From assembly GCF_041663085.1 (NCBI RefSeq), contig NZ_JBAZRC010000006.1, positions 4,586 to 68,585 on the forward strand: DNA of 64,000 bases, read 5' to 3'. Each line of letters starts with the position of its first letter. Position 1 is the first letter of the stretch. Origin of the DNA: Mucilaginibacter sp. GTDB taxonomy: Bacteria > Bacteroidota > Bacteroidia > Sphingobacteriales > Sphingobacteriaceae. The notes beneath the pieces are model-generated. The model had not been told where the DNA came from. It saw only the letters and a program-made list of their open reading frames with translations, and made no database searches. The position numbers and the translations under genes are program-made. Shown here in pieces: positions 40,170 to 47,439 of this stretch.

Positions 40170-43100
40170 CTAAACGTCTTTTTCCGGTTTTTTCGTTTTA
40201 TACTTAGCCATGAGATTACTCTTATCTTCCTTTGAATAACCTTTCGCTTTTATAAGAATATCGCCTATCATATTTAAATATTTTAAGTCAGAATCTGGAT
40301 TTTTTGAACGAATGTTGTAATAGTTCATTATTTTAATAAAACTCATATCTAAAATATATTTTTTGGTAGTATTTTTTATATACTCATCCAAAACATCAAA
40401 ATAATTGTGACCTTTTACATCTGCATATAAAAAAACCGAGAGGAATTTTTCAAAATCTGATATTCTATTATCAGATTTATCCTCTTGAATTTTTCTATAA
40501 AGCGTTTGTGATAATTTTTGGGTACCCATGTTATCATTCATTAGTGCTTGGTGATACCAAGGTAAAAACTGTAAAATTTGAATTTGTTCTTCTTTTTCAT
40601 TATCTGGTATCAATTTATTTTCGATGAGCTGCGAAACAAAGATTTTGTAGAAAATTGCAAAATAGATCGAATTATCTAAAATACTTTTTAATGAATTAAG
40701 TTTTAGATTTTGCTCCTCAACTTCTTCACTGTTTTTTAAGACCTTTAAAGACAATATAAAACTTTTAGCTATTGCATCCGGTGCTGTATCTTTTGCTTTT
40801 TTTTGAATCCCATTTTCTGTCTTTTGAGATAAAAGTTTTGCATCGTCCATGTTAATAAGATCTTCCTCCGTAGCCTTGTAATCAGAAACAAGACTTGTGA
40901 CTTCGTTCTTTGGGATTTTTATTTTAGAAACTGATTGTTTAAAAAAATCGTCTACCGAGTGACCGAGAGCCCTAATTTTCTCTTTAATTTCTTTAAATTC
41001 AGCACTTGACCTCTCAACTATTAACTTCAATATATCAACATCGTCTCTATTTAACCCCGTAAAATAATCTATTTCGTTTATAAATTTTAGATAATTAGCC
41101 TCATCTAATACTTCGCTTTTAAATTTTGGATCAAATCCCATTTTTTTAACTAAAAAGTATTCTAAAAAACAAGTGAATCTAAATCTAATGGAATTATCTT
41201 CTTTAATAAAAATTCCGGAGTCAATTAGTTCAGCTAAAATTTTTTCGACGTTATAAGAAAAGTCTTTTTTCTTTAAGTAAGAGTTGATAAATTGAAAAAT
41301 ATTGACGTGAGTATCTGAGTAATTTTCACCATCTTCTTTTAACATTTTATACGCAATTTCTGAAAGTAGCCGTACCTTATTTTGATAATCAAAAGTCTCT
41401 GATAAAATACCCGATTTAGAATGTTTATTTAATAACTTTTCTATAAATGTTTCGATTAAAGTAGAGTTATTAATAGGCTTGTAATTTTGTTGTTTTTCGA
41501 TAATCCAAAGAAACATGGAGACAGTAAAGGGGGTTCTGGGCAAAGACAAAGCCAAAAATCCATTAATTAGAGTTTCTACTTTCTGAGGCTTATCAATTAA
41601 ATCTTTATCTTTAAACCACTTAGTTGTAAGTTCTCTTATCTGCTTTGATTGAAAATCTTTTATGTTAATATTATTGAATTTAAATTTATCGAGTGAAGTA
41701 TAATGCTCTGGGATTTCACCAGCATACAAAATATTATAAGTAGCAATTATTTTTAACTTGGGATATTCTGCAGCCAAATCATATAATTGTTTTATTTTTA
41801 ATAAATCGATAAAATCATTTGATGCTTTTAAATTGTCAATAAGCAATAGGATAGGATGTGTATCTAAAATTGCTTTTGTCGCTTCTTTTGATACAAGTAA
41901 ATAGTCTCTGATGTTAGAAATTAGATCTGAAGATATTTTTGAAAACTCAACATACACCGGTATATAATTCGCATTATTTAACGGATTTAAGCATTCGTGT
42001 ATAAGTTTATCCAACAGAATTGTTTTACCCGATTCTTTAGTGCCAAAGAGTAAATAATTTTCTTTGTTTTTTAATAATGTGTTTAGGTCTTCCACAACCT
42101 CTTCTTTATCGCTATTAATTGATGCTTTAAGAGCTAATTTTGGTTGAACAAATAATTCTATTAAACTTTTAGGCGCATCAGTATCTGTGCTGTATGTCAA
42201 CATGTGCATATCCATTTTACAGATGTGCTCTTCATTAATGGTTTTTATTAAACTTTGTCTTTCTATTTCCTTTTCAATTTCTTCGGACTTCGGCAAATCT
42301 AAAATCCATAACCCATCTTTTCCCATAGCCGTATTTATACTAAAAGCTGAATTCGGGAAGGTATACTCATAAAATTTTATAAAAATTTTTGATTCCAAAA
42401 AATTTAAATCAATAGTTGAAAAGCCATTAGAATATTTTTTGTAGTCTGTATTTATGTTTGCCGTTAAAGTCCCGGGAGCGATTAGTGTTAGCAATTTACC
42501 CTGCGGTTCAATTATATACCTATTGCTTGCGCTATGAACATGACCGCAAAGCATCATATCAAATTCGGATTGTAATAATTTCTCACTAATCAATTTATCT
42601 GAGTCAAATAATTGATCGGTATAATGGTGCATAACCGCTATTCTGTAATCACAATCCTTCAGATAATCAATCCCATTTATTAATTGATCTTCACCTAACA
42701 ATAAATTTCCCTTATCTGTGTCACCATAACATCTCCAAGAAGAATTAAAAGATATTATACCAATTTTTTTATTGTCAAACTTGTATTTAAACCCAGATTC
42801 AAAAAAAGAGACATATAAATTTTCTGAGGGAGTATATAATACATCTAAAAAGTCTTTGTAAGGCTTCATTCTGAGTGCACCCGACATGTCTCCGCCATTA
42901 CGTATTTTTTTTATAAAATCATTTACTTTAACAGAACTCTTTAATATATTTAAGCACCCTGCCTCTGTTATTTCTGTATCAAGGTTTCTAACTGCATCGT
43001 GATTTCCCGGACAAATAATAAATTTATCATCTCCTATATTTAGTTTACTACATATCTTTCTTATCACATTATCATAAAATGATAGAAACGCTTGTTCTGG

Positions 43101-43277
43101 AGAGTTAAAAGATTTCCCCCCTTGGTCTATTAAATCCCCCGAAAAAACAACGAGATCGACCTGCTGTTCATTATTTATTTTTTCAATCGAATTTAGGAAA
43201 GGTTGAATGGTAAATAACCCATCCTTAATCAGAGTATTATTATCAAGATGAAAATCAGAAAAATGTAGTAATCTCAT
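40170..43277 (-). CDS. metallophosphoesterase - STAND/NACHT-like P-loop NTPase - helical C-terminal domain fusion (candidate NLR-like defence protein)
   Basis: 1035-codon ORF of about 20-37% G+C. Metallophosphoesterase motifs: SDFH (aa 7-10), GDLID (47-51), GNHD (91-94), VMHH (215-218), GHVH (245-248). Walker A GTKESGKT (aa 412-419, nt 42021-42044) and Walker B ILLLID (476-481). NACHT-like 'LPRTPFTVSMFLW' and 'FRFTCFLEYFLV'. Confidence 0.85.
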   Translation of the reverse strand: MRLLHFSDFHLDNNTLIKDGLFTIQPFLNSIEKINNEQQVDLVVFSGDLIDQGGKSFNSPEQAFLSFYDNVIRKICSKLNIGDDKFIICPGNHDAVRNLDTEITEAGCLNILKSSVKVNDFIKKIRNGGDMSGALRMKPYKDFLDVLYTPSENLYVSFFESGFKYKFDNKKIGIISFNSSWRCYGDTDKGNLLLGEDQLINGIDYLKDCDYRIAVMHHYTDQLFDSDKLISEKLLQSEFDMMLCGHVHSASNRYIIEPQGKLLTLIAPGTLTANINTDYKKYSNGFSTIDLNFLESKIFIKFYEYTFPNSAFSINTAMGKDGLWILDLPKSEEIEKEIERQSLIKTINEEHICKMDMHMLTYSTDTDAPKSLIELFVQPKLALKASINSDKEEVVEDLNTLLKNKENYLLFGTKESGKTILLDKLIHECLNPLNNANYIPVYVEFSKISSDLISNIRDYLLVSKEATKAILDTHPILLLIDNLKASNDFIDLLKIKQLYDLAAEYPKLKIIATYNILYAGEIPEHYTSLDKFKFNNINIKDFQSKQIRELTTKWFKDKDLIDKPQKVETLINGFLALSLPRTPFTVSMFLWIIEKQQNYKPINNSTLIETFIEKLLNKHSKSGILSETFDYQNKVRLLSEIAYKMLKEDGENYSDTHVNIFQFINSYLKKKDFSYNVEKILAELIDSGIFIKEDNSIRFRFTCFLEYFLVKKMGFDPKFKSEVLDEANYLKFINEIDYFTGLNRDDVDILKLIVERSSAEFKEIKEKIRALGHSVDDFFKQSVSKIKIPKNEVTSLVSDYKATEEDLINMDDAKLLSQKTENGIQKKAKDTAPDAIAKSFILSLKVLKNSEEVEEQNLKLNSLKSILDNSIYFAIFYKIFVSQLIENKLIPDNEKEEQIQILQFLPWYHQALMNDNMGTQKLSQTLYRKIQEDKSDNRISDFEKFLSVFLYADVKGHNYFDVLDEYIKNTTKKYILDMSFIKIMNYYNIRSKNPDSDLKYLNMIGDILIKAKGYSKEDKSNLMAKYKTKKPEKDV

Positions 43278-43305
43278 TATTATGTTTTAAAGAAGTTTTA
43301 AAGCA

Positions 43306-43336
43306 TAAATTTATTAATAACAGCCTCTGTTAACAA
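43306..43336 (-). promoter_or_regulatory. candidate Bacteroidetes-type promoter of the fusion gene
   Basis: On the minus strand: TTG (43336-43334), 20 nt spacer, then TAAATTTA (43313-43306; consensus TAnnTTTG). The -7 box ends 28 nt upstream of the ATG. Confidence 0.3.
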
Positions 43337-43619
43337 TACGTAAAAATACCTGATTTTCAATTAATTATAGATTAAAACCCGCCTACCAACCCCACCCCAA
43401 ATAAACCCCGGCAATATAAATACAGCCGAAACCGCATATTGGGGCAAGTCGTGTTCTTCCGTTATAATTAAATATTGCTGCAGTTAAAACATTACCTAAA
43501 AGTAGATAATTGCCAAATAGCTGTGTTTCTGCGTATTATTCCGGGTTGGTCCGTTTTTCTTATTTTAATTAGTCTCTCCACCGCTGGCGCACGCGTGCCG
43601 CGTGTGCTTAATAAACGGT

Positions 43620-43838
43620 GTCATTTCGAACGAACAAGGGGTGGGTTGCGACAGGGCGAGAGGAGAAATCCTGTTCATTATGCAAAGTTTGCCGCCTGTC
43701 ATTCTAACAAGATTTATCTGCGATGAGCTCGCTACGGTCGGTTCTCCCCGTACCTCGTTCGAAATGACAGGGTGGTGAGAATGGTTGCAAACAAAGCCCT
43801 CTGTCCACCATGTCCGCACCCCTAAGCGGACGGACAAG
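43620..43838. repeat. composite repeat: 'gtcatttcgaacgaa...ttcgaaatgac' palindrome variant + 'tgtccaccatgtccgcac..gcggacggaca' hairpin
   Basis: Arms 'gtcatttcgaacgaac' (43620-) and 'cgttcgaaatgac' (-43768). Segment 43797-43838 is the inverted counterpart of 36763-36800. Confidence 0.75.
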
Positions 43839-44007
43839 GGTTAGTGAGCAGTGAATGGTTGAATTGGTGAGTAGTTGAGCTGCCCCATCAACCCTAAACC
43901 CGGTAGCAGCGGATACCGGCCATTGTGCCTAAGGCCTGCGGGCGTATGAGCGGATAACGGGGCTGCCGTGGCCTAAGCACCACCGGCCTTGCTTTACAAA
44001 TAGGTTA

Positions 44008-44086
44008 ATGGTTCGACAGGCTCACCATAACAGGGCGGTGATGCATGGCGGCTAACACACCCCTAACCCCTCTCAAGAGGGGAATA
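44008..44086 (+). repeat. composite repeat, right inverted copy of 39535-39615
   Basis: 'atggttcgacaggctcaccataacagggcggtg....aacacacccctaacccctctcaagaggggaata'. Confidence 0.8.
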
Positions 44087-44221
44087 AAAGCCGCTCTTCG
44101 CACCCGCACCACCCCCGCAAACAACGTGCAGCTATATTTAATTCGCACATTCTACCTTTATACTATTAATTAACCATACCTTGTATATGGTAACAACGTT
44201 GTTATTCAAATCCGTTCCTTT

Positions 44222-44706
44222 ATGTTACAGCCTGTAAGTTTTGCCACGCGCAAAAAAATATTCATCGAATATTTAAACCTTGTTTATAGTAACAAAAGCT
44301 ATTTAAAGTCGGTTTTTTTAGAGATGCGCGAACTGGCCACCAACCCCACCCTGCTATTGGCTATTGACGAAACCGGCGCCGATAACCTGAGCCAGATAGA
44401 TAACATTTACGCCATGTTTGGCTCAATTAACGAGCATATTACCGAAAGGCATATTATTGCGGCTAAAGCCATGAACCTGGAAGCCTACAGCGCGGCCATA
44501 AACGTTACGCGCTTGCCATTGAGCGCGACTGTGCCATACTTTTTTACCTGCAAAGTATAGAAGCCATAGATGCCCTGTACTTTAAAACCCTGCAGGGCAT
44601 GGCCAAAGGCCTGCATTACGATTATATGAACCTGCAATACCCGTATGATATTGCCATGGATAACCAAAGCCTGCTGTTTGATATCCACACCGAAATGGTG
44701 GCGTAG
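44222..44706 (+). pseudogene. hypothetical helical protein (possibly ferritin-like DUF892/YciE-type), apparently frameshifted
   Basis: The 112-codon ORF (44222-44560) ends shortly after a T6 run. A second frame, open from 44467 to the stop at 44704-44706, reads '..RYALAIERDCAILFYLQSIEAIDALYFKTLQGMAKGL..HTEMVA' and has no start codon of its own until late. Together they give about 160 aa. Confidence 0.45.
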
Positions 44707-44710
44707 GCTG

Positions 44711-44758
44711 GTTCATTAGTTCATTAGTTCATTGGTTCATTAGTTTATTGGTGACTGC
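44711..44758 (+). repeat. tandem octamer repeat (gttcattR x5 plus a degenerate sixth unit)
   Basis: gttcatta gttcatta gttcattg gttcatta gtttattg gtgactgc. Confidence 0.85.
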
Positions 44759-44773
44759 GGGGGCATTGCGCTT

Positions 44774-44806
44774 AAGCACACCCCCAACCCCTCTCAAGAG
44801 GGGAAT
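44774..44806 (+). repeat. solo copy of the 'acacccc.aacccctctcaagaggggaata' hairpin repeat
   Basis: Near-identical to 44054-44086 in the same orientation. Confidence 0.8.
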
Positions 44807-44851
44807 AACTTCACGTAGGGCAGGGTTAAATATAAAGCTTCAGCCGGCGCT

Positions 44852-44973
44852 ATTCCCTCCCCCCGGGAGGGTGCAGGGAGGGGTTTAGGCGACTATGCCT
44901 CACCAACAACCCCTCCCTGCCACCATACTGCCCATCGCACCCCTCCCAAGGGAGGGATTTGATTTGCCCCGCC
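44852..44973 (+). repeat. three-hairpin G/C-tract composite repeat (copy 2, direct with 39398-39520)
   Basis: The same stems as copy 1 in the same order and orientation, with variable loops. Confidence 0.8.
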
Positions 44974-45055
44974 ACCCAACTAATCACTAATTAACTACTC
45001 ACCAATTAACTAATTTCTACTAACTTTGATGAGCTTTTAACGCCATTTGCTAAAT

Positions 45056-45478
45056 ATGAGCGAGAACCAATTTAACCGCCCTATACGTGTTTTAGTTGCC
45101 AAAGTAGGCCTTGACGGGCATGACCGCGGCGCGCGCATTATTGCTACCACCCTGCGTGATGCGGGTATGGAGGTAATATACACCGGCCTGCGCCAAACCC
45201 CCGAAATGGTGGTGAACACGGCCCTGCAGGAGGATGTGGACGCTATTGGCATCAGCATCCTATCAGGCGCGCACATGACGGTTTTCCCCAAGGTGATGGC
45301 GCTGATCAAAGAGAAAAAGATGGACGATGTACTGCTTACCGGCGGCGGCATTATCCCTGCCGATGATATAGCCGAACTGAAGAAGATAGGCGTGGGCGAG
45401 CTTTTTCCGCCGGGTACCAGCACTGCCGATATTGTTACCTATATTACCAACTGGGTACATACCAACCGCAATTTTTAA
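45056..45478 (+). CDS. cobalamin (B12)-binding domain protein, methylmalonyl-CoA mutase small-subunit type
   Basis: '[35 protein letters not shown]' contains the DxHxxG B12-binding motif. The ATG at 45056 is preferred. Confidence 0.85.
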   Translation: MSENQFNRPIRVLVAKVGLDGHDRGARIIATTLRDAGMEVIYTGLRQTPEMVVNTALQEDVDAIGISILSGAHMTVFPKVMALIKEKKMDDVLLTGGGIIPADDIAELKKIGVGELFPPGTSTADIVTYITNWVHTNRNF

Positions 45479-45490
45479 TACTACCGTACA

Positions 45491-46273
45491 ATGAGTTTTC
45501 AGAATATACTTATACAGGATAAAGACCGCATTCAATATATCATCATTAACCGCGAAAGCAAGCTTAACGCCCTTAACCAGGCTACCCTTGCCGAGCTGCA
45601 CACCGCCTTAACACAGGCTTTTAGCAACAACAACGTTGGGGGTATCATTATTACCGGCGCGGGCACCAAGGCCTTTGTAGCCGGGGCTGATATCAGCGAG
45701 TTTGCCGGTAAGGATGTTGACAGCGGCCGCAGGATAGCCTACGACGGGCAATCGAACGTGTTTGATGTGATAGCCGGCGGCAATAAGCCGGTAATAGCGG
45801 CGGTAAACGGTTTTGCCCTGGGCGGCGGGTTAGAGCTGGCCATGGCCTGCCATATCCGCATAGCATCTGATAACGCTAAAATGGGCCTGCCCGAGGTTAC
45901 CCTGGGTTTGATACCGGGCTACGGCGGCACGCAAAGGTTAACACAGCTGGTTGGCCGTGGCAAAGCACTGGAGATGATCATGACCGCAGATATGGTTACG
46001 GCTGCCGATGCCCTTGCCTTAGGGCTGGTTAACCACGTAGTTACCCAGGATGAATTATTACCAAAAGCCGAAGAGCTGCTAAACAAAATATTAACCCGCG
46101 CCCCGCTGGCCCTTGCAGCGGCCATCCGCGCGGTGAATGATGCCCATGCCGATGGCGCTAACGGCTTTGATACCGAGATTGAGGAATTTGCCCGCTGCTT
46201 TGGCACAAAAGATTTTAAGGAAGGGGTTTCGGCTTTTTTAGAGAAAAGGAAACCTGAGTTTAAGGGGAAGTAA
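45491..46273 (+). CDS. enoyl-CoA hydratase/isomerase (crotonase) family protein
   Basis: 'KAFVAGADISEF', 'VIAAVNGFALGGGLELAMACHIRIAS' and 'GLPEVTLGLIPGYGGTQRL'. Confidence 0.9.
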   Translation: MSFQNILIQDKDRIQYIIINRESKLNALNQATLAELHTALTQAFSNNNVGGIIITGAGTKAFVAGADISEFAGKDVDSGRRIAYDGQSNVFDVIAGGNKPVIAAVNGFALGGGLELAMACHIRIASDNAKMGLPEVTLGLIPGYGGTQRLTQLVGRGKALEMIMTADMVTAADALALGLVNHVVTQDELLPKAEELLNKILTRAPLALAAAIRAVNDAHADGANGFDTEIEEFARCFGTKDFKEGVSAFLEKRKPEFKGK

Positions 46274-46282
46274 AATCCAAAC

Positions 46283-46375
46283 GTCATTGCGAGGTACGAA
46301 GCAATCTCCCGATAGGCTGTCAAGATGCAACGCGTTTAGGCATAGTCAGGAGATTGCTTCGTACCTCGCAATGAC
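46283..46375. repeat. 'gtcattgcgaggtacgaagcaatctc' palindromic element
   Basis: Perfect 26-nt arms 'gtcattgcgaggtacgaagcaatctc' and 'gagattgcttcgtacctcgcaatgac'. It begins 10 nt after the crotonase stop. Confidence 0.85.
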
Positions 46376-46679
46376 GTCTTATTTAGCGAGGCCGCCAAAA
46401 ACCCAAAAACCTTCGCTCCCTCTGTGCATTTTTCCTCACTGTGGCCGCTGTGGTAAAAAACCGCATTCTTGCATTTTCATCCAAATTTCATACTACAGGG
46501 CACTTTTTAACATATAATTTACACTATCCTGACCATTTGCGCCATCGGGTCAAATTTAATTCGCTATCAATCAACTGATTGAATAATCGTGACAATTGGA
46601 TGAAAAATAATATATGATTTCATGCTTTACTTTGCCCTGTGCAATACAAAAAAGCACGTTATCTAAATATTATTATATC

Positions 46680-47267
46680 ATGAAAAGATCATTAAAAATC
46701 GCAGCTCTTGTTTTAGCATTCGCAGGTTTATCTGTAGCCGCTAAAGCCCAAACAACAACTTCTACTTCTACTACAACTAAAGACGGTATACGTTACAGCA
46801 TTGGCGTTGAAGCAGGCATCCCTGTAAGCAACCTTAAAAACACCCACACATGGAACCTTGGTGGTTCGGTACAGGCAGATATCCCTGTGGCGTCACAATT
46901 ATTCGTAACTGTTAACGCAGGTTACAACAACATATTTGGCAAAAAGGATTACGCAGGTGTTGCCGGTGCAGATGTACCAAACATGCAGTTGATCCCGGTA
47001 AAAGCAGGTTTAAAATACTTTGTTGTACCAAACTTTTACGTACAGGGCGAAGCCGGTGCAGCTTTCCTGTTAAACAAAAACGATTTAGGATTTAATAAAT
47101 CAACCGCGTTTGTTTATGCTCCGCAGGTAGGTGTTCAGTTCCCGGTTAGCGCAAGCGGTAACTTTATTGATGCAGGTGTACGCTACGAAGCTACTACCAA
47201 ATACAGAACTGGTATAGATGATAGCAAAGTAAGCTTTTTAGGTTTACGCGTGGCTTACGGTTTCTAA
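46680..47267 (+). CDS. outer-membrane beta-barrel (porin-family/OmpW-like) protein
   Basis: The ATG at 46680 gives the signal 'MKRSLKIAALVLAFAGLSVAAKAQ'. Alternating strands and C-terminus 'LRVAYGF'. Confidence 0.75.
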   Translation: MKRSLKIAALVLAFAGLSVAAKAQTTTSTSTTTKDGIRYSIGVEAGIPVSNLKNTHTWNLGGSVQADIPVASQLFVTVNAGYNNIFGKKDYAGVAGADVPNMQLIPVKAGLKYFVVPNFYVQGEAGAAFLLNKNDLGFNKSTAFVYAPQVGVQFPVSASGNFIDAGVRYEATTKYRTGIDDSKVSFLGLRVAYGF

Positions 47268-47439
47268 AACCAAGGCATTTGCCTATTAAAAACATCATTA
47301 AAAAAGAGGGGGCTTATGGCCTCCTTTTTTTGTTTATAAGCCATATTTTTACCCGTAGTTAATAATAATTCTGATAAATTAGCAAATATTTGTACCTTAA
47401 CCTGCTTAATATATTTACCTGTAAACAGTAATTGCTGCT

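Noticed and set aside
40170-43277. Could the metallophosphoesterase + ATPase protein be a fused SbcD-SbcC / Mre11-Rad50-type repair nuclease?
   Set aside because: In Rad50/SbcC/SMC-type ATPases, Walker A and Walker B are separated by a very long coiled coil. Here Walker B (D481) follows Walker A (K418) by only about 60 aa. The downstream region has NACHT/STAND-like helical and winged-helix motifs and no obvious zinc hook. The layout and the foreign composition fit a STAND conflict protein better.
43475-43837. ORFs 43475-43726 (+) and 43565-43837 (-) upstream of the fusion gene as possible partner genes
   Set aside because: They overlap each other on opposite strands and are built almost entirely from the palindromic repeat 43620-43838, translating repeat words such as 'VISNEVRGE'. 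The same applies to 6260-6448, 8531-8815, 36759-36968 and 46287-46517.
39398-44973. Flanking direct repeats as attL/attR of an integrated prophage or ICE
   Set aside because: The window contains no integrase, excisionase, tRNA target or phage or conjugation genes. The repeats are hairpin-structured with conserved stems and variable loops, and fragments of them occur elsewhere in the window (51541-51580, 44774-44806). They therefore look like genome-wide REP/MITE-like elements rather than a duplicated attachment core. This is kept only as an architectural observation.
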